From NCBI GenBank assembly GCA_035495615.1, contig DATJFP010000021.1:9024-73023 (forward strand): 64,000 nt of DNA. The letters are read 5' to 3'. The number at the start of each line of letters is the position of its first letter. Position 1 is the first letter of the stretch. The position numbers and the translations under genes are program-made. Below, piece after piece: positions 56,493 to 64,000 of the stretch. The DNA comes from Verrucomicrobiia bacterium (GTDB taxonomy: Bacteria > Omnitrophota > Omnitrophia > Omnitrophales > Aquincolibacteriaceae). The notes under the pieces were generated by a model, which saw only the letters and a program-made list of their open reading frames with translations, had not been told where the DNA came from and ran no database searches.

Positions 56493-59228
56493 ATGACTTT
56501 TCCGAAAAAAAACTCCTTTCTCGCCGCCCTTTTTCTTTCGCCTCTCCTGCTTTTTCCGCGTCCGGTCCTCTGCGATTCGCCTTCCGGGGATGACCCGAAC
56601 CGTTTTCTCGGCGTGAAGCGCTGGACCGGTTCCGTGCAGGTGGAATACATGCAGAGGGAGGAATACCTGCAGGACTGCGGGACAGATACCGACGAGCATG
56701 GCAAATTCATGGAGTACGGAAAGGCGTGGGACTCGGATGTCCTCACCGGGCGGATGAATTTGAATCTGGACCTTCCTTATAATGAGCTGAAACCCACCGA
56801 CGATCAGGGGAAGGAAGACGAGAAGGCGGATGCGCAGGAAAAAAAACTCGAAGCCATGGCTCAGAAATTGACGGCCCTTACCGGGCAATCCATGGAAAGC
56901 GCGGGCGCGGACGCAAGCAACGAGGAAATCCGCCTCTTCGGCGACAATAACGGCGGCCAGTTTGTGGGTGAGGGAAGTATCCAGTGGGAGCGGAATGGGA
57001 ACTGGGCCTGCCCCAACGGCAGCCGGAGGATCCGGGCCAGCGGCAGTGGTCCGGCCAAAGACATCAGCGCGCTGCTTTACGTCACGGTCGGCAAAGACTG
57101 GCAGGATTATAGCCTGAGCGTGAACAGTTTCGACATCATCCCCGGGGACAGCCAGACCACGGACAAGTGGCGCCATTTCGACGTCTATTGCAGAGGCGGC
57201 GCGCCGGATAAAATCTGCGAGTACAACGACTGGCACAAGACCCCTTATTGGACCAAGGCTGTCGACCAAGTCACCCGGAACGGCGCGCATACTTATGATT
57301 ATCGATCCTCATCGACACGCGAATCCAAGGAAAACCGGGTGCAGCACGAGACCGACTCGAACGGTGTGCCGGAAACCGGGCCGGGGATGGGCAGCGTGTC
57401 CGCGGGGCTCAGTGTCGTGGACATCAGCGGGGACAAAGTGAGCGAGCCGTTCGGGCCGCCGCCGCAATATCCCGAGAATGCGGGCACGGACCAAAAATCG
57501 ATCGACGCGGCCATGGAGAAGTACAACGCGGAAATGAAAGTATGGCGCGCGAAGGTATGGCCCGCGCTTCCCAAGTCCGGCAATGTCCTGCAGGGTGAAA
57601 CCACCTGGAGCGAAAAAGAGGACGGGAACGATCCTCCGCACAAATTTGCAAGAACGATGAAGATCCGCTGGAACCTTGCCCCCTACGGAAAATCCGAATA
57701 TGAAGTCGAAGTCGAGATCGAAGGCTACAAAGACTGGCGGCCCAAAGGCAATAAGGACGCGAAAAAGCGAGGGAACACGCTGACCGTTCACGCCAAGCTC
57801 ATCGATCCCAAGACCGGCAAGGCCCCGGATGCCAAGGCCGAAAAATTTATTTTCGAGCTGAAGGAAACCTCGAAGGTGAAGGGCGTGGCCATGAACTGGC
57901 CTTCCGAACGCGTGGCCGCGGAAGATGACGACATGAAATTCGAGTATGAAGAAAATCCGGAAAAAGATTTTGTCATCGAAAACGATGGGCAGACGATCTC
58001 GACGCGGGAAAAGAAATGGTTCGACGGCGCCACGGTCAATGTTTCCAGCTTCGACTGGGGCGGCTATGCCGGCCTCTACGTGAAGGCGGTCATGCCCGGA
58101 GGAGACACGGCGGAAGGGCATCTGAAAGGCGAAACCGGCCGCCAGATCATCCCGCTTCCCAAACGCACGGGCGATTCCAAAATCGCGGACGGGTGGAAAG
58201 AAAACACGCCGGGCGCTTCCGGAAAGGCCGACGACGCGGACGACGAAACCAAACCCGAAAACCGCATGGCGACCTGCGCGAACCACCACGGCGATGGGCT
58301 CACGCTTTACGACGAATACCGCGGCTTTTATTCCCGGCGCGATTTCCAGGCGGACGAGGGCCACATTTCAGGCGACCCGCGGCTCAAGGATTATTTCGTG
58401 ATCGATTCTACCGGCGAAGCGCAGCTTGCGATCAAACGCTTCGAAAACGCGAGCGGTCTCAAGGTCCATAGCTGGCTCATGCTCGATGAAGTGAAGGACT
58501 ACAAGAATCCCGTCGTCAACTTCAACAAGGGCGGCGTGAAAAACGACGTGGAGCAGCACGCGGTGGAGTTGATCCGCTCCAGCTTTTCCCAATTCGATTC
58601 CGAGGCCACGAGCCGCAGCGGTTTCCAGAGGCCCGGCACGCCGGGCACGCTGCCGGTCGTCAATCTCGGCATCCGCCTGAGTTTTACCGACATGATGAGA
58701 ACGATCCCGCATGAGCTTGGCCACGCGTCCACGATTGCGCATCACGGCAGCAGCGACGAAGGCTTCGTTTATTGGACCGAAGACAAGCGCGACGGGCAGG
58801 ACGTCATCGTGGAAGTTCACGCGGACAACTGGACGGACGCGCTGTTCGACGCGCACACGAAGGGCGAAGTGATCGAGGCCACTGCGGAGCCGGACGGATT
58901 CCCCATGGAGCCGAGCCGTTTCAGGAAGCCGCGGCGGCTCTGGGTGGCGCGCAAGCACGGCCAGCACAGCGGCGACGAATCCTGCGTCATGCGCTACACG
59001 CTCGCGGACGCGTACGATCCTTCGGAGACAGGCAGCAACAAGCGCATCTTCAAGGAAATCACGGCGCCTCCGGAAAAGTCGGGGTACACTTACTGCCAGC
59101 TGCCGGACGGGACAGGCGACGCGGGCCGCCGGTACGGCAGCGCGGACACGCAGCTCGAGCGCGGCGCCTGCAAGTACCAGATCTGCGTGAACGACAAATA
59201 CATGTATGGCCATCAGGGGCGCAAATAA
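56493..59228 (+). CDS. Large exported protein (911 aa) with a C-terminal metzincin-like zinc metallopeptidase module
   Basis: Signal peptide. HELGHASTIAH gives HExxHxxxxxH spacing. Downstream SCVMRY is a candidate Met-turn. The N-terminal ~700 aa have no recognisable family. Confidence 0.6.
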   Translation: MTFPKKNSFLAALFLSPLLLFPRPVLCDSPSGDDPNRFLGVKRWTGSVQVEYMQREEYLQDCGTDTDEHGKFMEYGKAWDSDVLTGRMNLNLDLPYNELKPTDDQGKEDEKADAQEKKLEAMAQKLTALTGQSMESAGADASNEEIRLFGDNNGGQFVGEGSIQWERNGNWACPNGSRRIRASGSGPAKDISALLYVTVGKDWQDYSLSVNSFDIIPGDSQTTDKWRHFDVYCRGGAPDKICEYNDWHKTPYWTKAVDQVTRNGAHTYDYRSSSTRESKENRVQHETDSNGVPETGPGMGSVSAGLSVVDISGDKVSEPFGPPPQYPENAGTDQKSIDAAMEKYNAEMKVWRAKVWPALPKSGNVLQGETTWSEKEDGNDPPHKFARTMKIRWNLAPYGKSEYEVEVEIEGYKDWRPKGNKDAKKRGNTLTVHAKLIDPKTGKAPDAKAEKFIFELKETSKVKGVAMNWPSERVAAEDDDMKFEYEENPEKDFVIENDGQTISTREKKWFDGATVNVSSFDWGGYAGLYVKAVMPGGDTAEGHLKGETGRQIIPLPKRTGDSKIADGWKENTPGASGKADDADDETKPENRMATCANHHGDGLTLYDEYRGFYSRRDFQADEGHISGDPRLKDYFVIDSTGEAQLAIKRFENASGLKVHSWLMLDEVKDYKNPVVNFNKGGVKNDVEQHAVELIRSSFSQFDSEATSRSGFQRPGTPGTLPVVNLGIRLSFTDMMRTIPHELGHASTIAHHGSSDEGFVYWTEDKRDGQDVIVEVHADNWTDALFDAHTKGEVIEATAEPDGFPMEPSRFRKPRRLWVARKHGQHSGDESCVMRYTLADAYDPSETGSNKRIFKEITAPPEKSGYTYCQLPDGTGDAGRRYGSADTQLERGACKYQICVNDKYMYGHQGRK

Positions 59229-60034
59229 TGAAAAAAAATATTTTGATTCTGGTCCTGATGTTCACCGCGGCGGCTGCCGCATGGATATTTTTTAACCGCA
59301 GCACTTCCATTCCCGCGCCTTCTTCGCAGGCTGCGGCGGCCCCCGGCTATCCCGCGGGTATTTCCCTTTCGGTCAATCACGGTCTGCACACGAAAATCCT
59401 GCGCGGCTGGCCGGTGATCGCGGAAGTCTTCCTGATTTTTCCGGAAGGTTCCGCGCTCGAGCCCGCGCTCCGCGATTCCTGGCAAGATAAAATCACGCTC
59501 GAGCTGCGCACGGAAAAAGGATTGCAGCCGGTGGATTTCCAAAAGATAGAGCCTGAGGCGGAAGGGGCGGAATGGACCGGCGTTTGGATTTTGACTCCTG
59601 AGGCCACGCAAAAGCTCGAGCCGGGCCAGTATCAATTGAAAGCGGTCTTGAACGACAAGGGTAAGCTGGTGAGCAAGAGCTACTTTTCGAAAGTGGAAGT
59701 GCTGGCGGAAGCCGAAAAAGATCTCCAGCCCGAAACCGGCGCTTATCTGAACGCGGAGGCCTTGATCCTGCAAAAGCGTTTTCCGGAAGCCGCGAAGATC
59801 GTGGATGATTTTCTAAAGACGCATCCGGACGATGCGGGAATGACCGAAATGAAAGCGGGGCTTCTTCGCTCCGCGGGCCAGCCCGAAGAGGCGCTGGAAC
59901 TCTACGACAAGGCGCTCGGGCCTTCCAACATGCAGGAGCCGCCTCCCGAAAGTCTGATGCGGCGCCGCCACGAATTGCTGCACGAAGTTTTAACTCAGGA
60001 TCATGAACCACAGGGGGAAAGGAAACCGGCATGA
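59228..60034 (+). CDS. N-terminally anchored TPR-repeat protein
   Basis: N-terminal TM/signal MKKNILILVLMFTAAAAAWIFF. C-terminal TPR-like helices (YLNAEALILQKRFPEAAKIVDDFLKTHPDD...). TAATG overlap with the upstream gene. Confidence 0.6.
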   Translation: MKKNILILVLMFTAAAAAWIFFNRSTSIPAPSSQAAAAPGYPAGISLSVNHGLHTKILRGWPVIAEVFLIFPEGSALEPALRDSWQDKITLELRTEKGLQPVDFQKIEPEAEGAEWTGVWILTPEATQKLEPGQYQLKAVLNDKGKLVSKSYFSKVEVLAEAEKDLQPETGAYLNAEALILQKRFPEAAKIVDDFLKTHPDDAGMTEMKAGLLRSAGQPEEALELYDKALGPSNMQEPPPESLMRRRHELLHEVLTQDHEPQGERKPA

Positions 60035-61968
60035 AATCACGCACCGTTTTGACCGCCTCGTTTTTTTTGATGACTGCTTTTTCGGCCCCGCTTCGGGCGG
60101 ACGCGCCGCGGCAGACCGAAATCGTCTTCGATGCGTCGCGCAGCATGAACGACCCGCTCGGCGCGGACACAAAGCTGGAAGCGGCCAAGCAGTCGCTGAC
60201 CGGCATTGCGGGCCAGATCGCGCCCGGTTCCCTGGTCGGCCTCCGCGTCTTCGGCGCGTCGCCGGTCGGAGACAACGTGCGGCAGTCATGCTTCGACTCG
60301 CAGCTGGTCATGCCCATCGGGCCGCCCAGCAAGTCCGCCATGATCGCCAAGGTGATGGCGCTCCAGGCGTTCGGCCAGACCGCGCTGGGCTATTCGCTGG
60401 AGCTCGCGGCGAAAGATTTCGACAGTGCGCCGGAGGTTTCGAAAACCATCATCCTCATCAGCGACGGCCAGGAAAGCTGCGGCAAAGATCCTGTCACGGT
60501 CATGAAGAATCTGAAGGCGCAGGGCATCGACGTGAAGGTGCACGCGATCGGGTTCGGCGTGGACGAGCCGACAAAGGCCCAGCTCCAGGAGATCGCGCAG
60601 ATGACGCAGGGCAGTTACCAGGATGCGCAGGACGCGCAAAGCCTCAAGCAGTCGCTGGAAAGCGTCGCGCACCAGGAGAAAATCACGGCGCCTGCCGCGC
60701 CGAAAGCCGCGGCGCCCGAAAACCCGGCTGAGGAAGCGAATCCGGAAATGCTGCTGCAGGCCCAGCGCGGAAAAGGGGAAAATCTTCTGGCCGCGGCGGC
60801 CGGAGCCAGGATCGTGACGGCCAGCAACCAGGACGTGGCGCTCGCCATGGACGGTTCGGAAGACACCGTGGCCTCGCTCGGCTCAGGGGACTATGCTGTC
60901 CTTTCTTTCAAAGACAACCAGCCCGCGCTTCTCGATAGTTTTTCCGTGCCCATTTTCGAGCAGAGCTCGTCGAATCCGAAAAAAATCGAGCTCAGCGCAT
61001 CGGCGGAAAATGCCCAAACCGGTTTTGTTCCGCTGCTTTCGATCGAGGTGCCGAACAAAGTCGATTTTAAAAACGTGTATCAGGAATTCAAAATCGATCC
61101 CCCGGCCCCGGTGCGATTTCTCAAAATCAGGATCGGGGAAGGGCGGTCCGGAAATTATTCGGACTTCGCGGAGTGGAAGGTCTCGGGCAAGCTGCTCACC
61201 GAAGATGAATTCAAGGCCGAACTCGCCAAACAGCCGGCCAAAGAAGTCGACGTGATCGCCAAAGACGCGGGAGGCACGATCGCGGCCTCCAGTCAGCAGG
61301 GCTTTGAAGCCCTGATCGACGGCGCTCCGGGAAATCAGGCCGGCGGCGAAAATGTATCAATCGATGCCGGAAGTGAAGTGGTCTTTGCTTTTGACGGCGG
61401 CCGCGAGGCTTATCTGATGCGCGCCGCGGTGCCGGTTTATGAAGCGGCGCCCGAAAACTGCAAGACGCTCGAAGTGTCGGTGTCGCCGGATTCGGCGTCG
61501 GAGAACTTCCACAGCGCGGGAACGTTCCAGACGACCAACATGCTGATGAACGGCAAGCCGGAGCAGGAATTCAAATTTCCGGCGCCGGTCAAAGCCAAGT
61601 TCGTGAAGGTGAAATTCATCGACGATCACGGCAGCGGCGGCACTTGCGAACTGGGAGAGCTCGAAATTTTCGGTTCGTTCCAGCCTGTCACAGGCGCGGT
61701 GGACGCGGCATCGCTGCCGCAAGCCGCCTCGGCCCCCGCGGAAGCTTCGGAAACGACGGAAGCCGCCGAAGAGCCTCAGGCCGAGGCCGCGCCTGCGGCC
61801 GAAGCTTCCGCCGAAACGCCGGCGGCCGTTGATAATGCCGCGGCTCCCGAAGATTCCGGAACGGTGATGGAAAATCCGCCCTCCGACGGAATCGAAGAGG
61901 AAGCCGCTCCTCCGCCGGCGCAGGAAGACAAGGATTTCGAACAGGAGTCGAAGCCGGCCGGAAACTGA
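60031..61968 (+). CDS. Exported von Willebrand factor A domain protein with two discoidin/F5-8-type-C-like domains and an acidic Ala/Glu/Pro-rich tail
   Basis: Signal peptide. MIDAS motif DASRSM...ILISDGQESCG. Later FLKIRIGEGRS...EWKVSG and FVKVKFIDDHGSGG repeat modules. ATGA overlap with the upstream gene. Confidence 0.65.
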   Translation: MKSRTVLTASFFLMTAFSAPLRADAPRQTEIVFDASRSMNDPLGADTKLEAAKQSLTGIAGQIAPGSLVGLRVFGASPVGDNVRQSCFDSQLVMPIGPPSKSAMIAKVMALQAFGQTALGYSLELAAKDFDSAPEVSKTIILISDGQESCGKDPVTVMKNLKAQGIDVKVHAIGFGVDEPTKAQLQEIAQMTQGSYQDAQDAQSLKQSLESVAHQEKITAPAAPKAAAPENPAEEANPEMLLQAQRGKGENLLAAAAGARIVTASNQDVALAMDGSEDTVASLGSGDYAVLSFKDNQPALLDSFSVPIFEQSSSNPKKIELSASAENAQTGFVPLLSIEVPNKVDFKNVYQEFKIDPPAPVRFLKIRIGEGRSGNYSDFAEWKVSGKLLTEDEFKAELAKQPAKEVDVIAKDAGGTIAASSQQGFEALIDGAPGNQAGGENVSIDAGSEVVFAFDGGREAYLMRAAVPVYEAAPENCKTLEVSVSPDSASENFHSAGTFQTTNMLMNGKPEQEFKFPAPVKAKFVKVKFIDDHGSGGTCELGELEIFGSFQPVTGAVDAASLPQAASAPAEASETTEAAEEPQAEAAPAAEASAETPAAVDNAAAPEDSGTVMENPPSDGIEEEAAPPPAQEDKDFEQESKPAGN

Positions 61969-61987
61969 ATCGAGTCGGGAAAAAAAG

Positions 61988-62022
61988 AAAGCCGGCATCC
62001 CCAAGATGCCGGCTTTTTTTTA
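61988..62022. terminator. Bidirectional rho-independent terminator between convergent genes
   Basis: AAAAAAGAAA-GCCGGCATC-cccaa-GATGCCGGC-TTTTTTTTT. Confidence 0.75.
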
Positions 62023-62034
62023 TGGCGTTTGAAG

Positions 62035-63693
62035 CTAATTGCCGCCGTTCATGTAGCGGCCGAGCGTATCGTAAGCCTGGCGCGCTTCGTCTTCGGTGGG
62101 CGCGTCCTCGGACTGTTGATCTTCGTACTGTTCCTGATAATCGCCCGAAGTGTCGCCTTCGTACTGGCCGTCCTGCTGGCCGTAATCCTGCGTGGAACCG
62201 TCAAAGGGATTCGGCATCTGGCCCTGGAATCCGCCTCCGCCTCCGGAAAATTGAGAAGCGATGTTTTGAATCTGTCCCAGGACCTGGCCGGCCTGCTGCA
62301 GCGTATTTCCGGTTTGATTGGGACGGCGCGGCGGATAAGGACCCTGCTGCTGCGGATAGCCGCCGTTCGCGTAACCCTGCTGCTGCGGGTAGGCGCCTTG
62401 CTGCGCGGGATATTGCTGCGGGTAACCCGCGTTCGGATAAGCCTGAGGCTGCTGCATCGGCATCGGGCCTTGCGCGGGGCCTTGATCGTAGAGTCCGTTC
62501 TGCCAGGCTTCAGGCCGGCTCGAAGCGGACGCCTGGCGTACGGCCTTCATGCCCGGATCTTCCGGCGGCATGGCCGCGGCCGGAGCCTGGGCAAGCTGCT
62601 GCAAAGGCTGCTGCATCACGGAGGCGCGGGAATTCGAGGCCTGCGCCGGCGGCAAAGCGCCCTGGAGACGCGCCTCCTGCTGGACGGCCTGCGCGATGCC
62701 CTGGCCAAACTGATCCGCCTGCTGCATGTCTTCGGCGCTCGGCGCTTCGGCGTCTCCGGCAGGCATGCCCATTTGTTTGGCCGTCGCGCTCATGTTGTTC
62801 ATCATGTCCGAGAGCTTGAAGTCCCCGTTCGACATCTTCGACATGATGTTCTGCGAGCGCATGCCCATCAGATCGTCGACTTTGGTGAATCCCTCCGGCA
62901 ATTCGAAGAGCGCGGGATCGGCCTTGACCGTGTCGGCTTGCTGCATTTCGAACAGCATGTTTTCCACCGCGTTGCCATTCTCGTCCTGTCCGGCCTGCGA
63001 CATGGCCAGCGCCAGGCGTTCGGGTAAATTTTTCGCGTACGGCATGCCCGTCATGCCCTGCGCCAGCGCGGAACCGATCAGGGTCATGGACTTGATCAGC
63101 TCTTCGCGTTCTTTGGCGGGGTAGAGGGAGTATTGGGAATCGACCTTGGCTTTTTCGAACGCGGAGATTTCTTTCTGGATCTTCGCCGCCTTCGGATCTT
63201 TGTCGGAAGCAAGCCAGATCGCGCCGATCATGGAATTTTGCTGCGGGCACGAGGGCCCGTAACCTTCGGCCTGGAACCCGGCGATGGTTCTTTCCCCGAC
63301 TTTCTTGGACTGCGCGCAGGGGTCGTTCGCCACGGCATCCGGCACCTTGTCCATCTGCTTCTTGTACGCCTCCATCTCTTTTTGCTCTTCAGGAGTAAGA
63401 CTTTCGTCGCTTCCTTCTTTATAAGGAATCGGAATGGGTTTTTCCTGGTAAGCCTTGAGCTCCATGTCGATGTCCCATTCCACGCCCTTGTCGACGCGCG
63501 TGATCGAGATTTGGTCGCCCATCATCCCTTGCGCGAGCGGAGAAGAAACCACGAGGCGCTGTTTTTTTCCGCTCACCCACATTTCGGACGTGCCCATGCC
63601 GTTCATGCCTTGGCTTTTGGTGTAGACGTCCGCGTGCGCGGCGGTGGAAAAGAGGACGAGAAAAAGGGGAAGGACGGGCAGAAGTTTTTTCAT
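62035..63693 (-). CDS. Secreted protein with Met-rich N-terminal domain and Gln/Pro/Tyr/Gly-rich low-complexity C-terminus
   Basis: Start at MKKLLPVLPLFLVLFSTAAHA (signal peptide) with RBS AAGGAG 7 nt upstream. C-terminal repeats YPQQ/GYPQQQG. An alternative upstream ATG lies at 63768. Confidence 0.6.
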   Translation of the reverse strand: MKKLLPVLPLFLVLFSTAAHADVYTKSQGMNGMGTSEMWVSGKKQRLVVSSPLAQGMMGDQISITRVDKGVEWDIDMELKAYQEKPIPIPYKEGSDESLTPEEQKEMEAYKKQMDKVPDAVANDPCAQSKKVGERTIAGFQAEGYGPSCPQQNSMIGAIWLASDKDPKAAKIQKEISAFEKAKVDSQYSLYPAKEREELIKSMTLIGSALAQGMTGMPYAKNLPERLALAMSQAGQDENGNAVENMLFEMQQADTVKADPALFELPEGFTKVDDLMGMRSQNIMSKMSNGDFKLSDMMNNMSATAKQMGMPAGDAEAPSAEDMQQADQFGQGIAQAVQQEARLQGALPPAQASNSRASVMQQPLQQLAQAPAAAMPPEDPGMKAVRQASASSRPEAWQNGLYDQGPAQGPMPMQQPQAYPNAGYPQQYPAQQGAYPQQQGYANGGYPQQQGPYPPRRPNQTGNTLQQAGQVLGQIQNIASQFSGGGGGFQGQMPNPFDGSTQDYGQQDGQYEGDTSGDYQEQYEDQQSEDAPTEDEARQAYDTLGRYMNGGN

Positions 63694-63957
63694 GACGGGC
63701 TCCTTACGGTTCGCTAGTAAGGATAGCCAATGCCCTGAGGAATTGCAAACAGGTGCTTTTTTAATCAATAACGATCATTTTTGCCGCGAAATTATAGGAC
63801 GCCTTACAGGACGCTCTTCCATATATAAAGGCGGTCGGGAAAACCCACATTTTACAAACGATGCCGGGTTTCTTTTTGACAAGCGATTCAAGGAGGTCTA
63901 GCCTAGGTGCTCCCAAACGTAACCGGCTTTTTAAGATCCCCCTCAAGGAGAGAAACC

Positions 63958-64000
63958 ATGGCGAAGCATCAGCAGACCGTTACACCCACGTTTACGTTCA
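63958..64000 (+). CDS. Start of an unidentified CDS running off the window (MAKHQQTVTPTFTF...)
   Basis: ATG 8 nt after RBS AAGGAGAG. Only 14 codons visible. Confidence 0.3.
   Translation, partial: MAKHQQTVTPTFTF

Noticed and set aside
62022-63027. Two plus-strand ORFs (265 and 332 aa) overlapping the secreted Gln/Pro/Tyr-rich protein gene
   Set aside because: Arg/Leu/Gly-rich nonsense translations. The minus-strand gene has an RBS, a signal peptide and a coherent domain

Overview
High-GC bacterial chromosomal window, roughly 60-65% GC by eye with strong GC3 bias. The bias leaves many long spurious antisense 'shadow' ORFs. (1) The 5' end is a single uninterrupted + strand ORF of at least 4,710 codons (1..14143, 5'-partial). 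It begins inside a PutA-like proline dehydrogenase/1-pyrroline-5-carboxylate dehydrogenase and continues without a stop for about 3,850 further codons. The extension carries a central two-helix membrane hairpin, HEAT repeats, a Gfo/Idh/MocA oxidoreductase domain, three tandem ~215-aa repeats and a Lys/Ala/Pro-rich linker. This giant fusion gene is the most unusual object in the window. (2) It is followed by tRNA-Gly(TCC) with a perfect consensus promoter. A conserved housekeeping cluster comes next, with overlapping start/stop junctions: nusA (with a leader attenuator hairpin), infB, rbfA, nrnA, truB, ribF, rpsO, pnp, dut and ftsK. (3) A visibly lower-GC block of about 9.6 kb begins immediately after tRNA-Asn(GTT) at ~28.37 kb and runs to ~38.0 kb. 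It carries an ars module: ArsR with ELCVCD motif, a half-length aquaporin-like ORF translationally coupled to LMW-PTP arsC, and two copies of an ArsR-type operator palindrome. It also carries DUF488, an HPr-like protein, and a desaturase/sensor-kinase/NarL-type-regulator operon resembling Des/DesK/DesR but with a soluble kinase. Further genes are a second soluble histidine kinase, a PNPOx-GGDEF diguanylate cyclase, a duplicated arsC-3'-end+spacer+terminator module, a secreted tandem-HNH-motif protein, DUF1232 and a DHFR-family protein. (4) The rest holds metabolic and transport genes: ADP-forming acetyl-CoA synthetase, cupin, two further desaturase-family genes in the window overall, MFS, a Rieske/NAD(P)H-FMN-reductase fusion, CDF and a His-rich DMT transporter. 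Also present are a NUDIX-NMNAT fusion, LicD, a ClC channel, GFA, DUF1275, H+-pyrophosphatase and GST. (5) Near the 3' end is a translationally coupled three-gene operon of exported proteins: a 911-aa protein with a metzincin-like HExxHxxxxxH/Met-turn module, a TPR protein, and a VWA+discoidin-like protein. It is followed by a convergent secreted Gln/Pro/Tyr-rich protein. No rRNA, CRISPR array, transposase or integrase was recognised.
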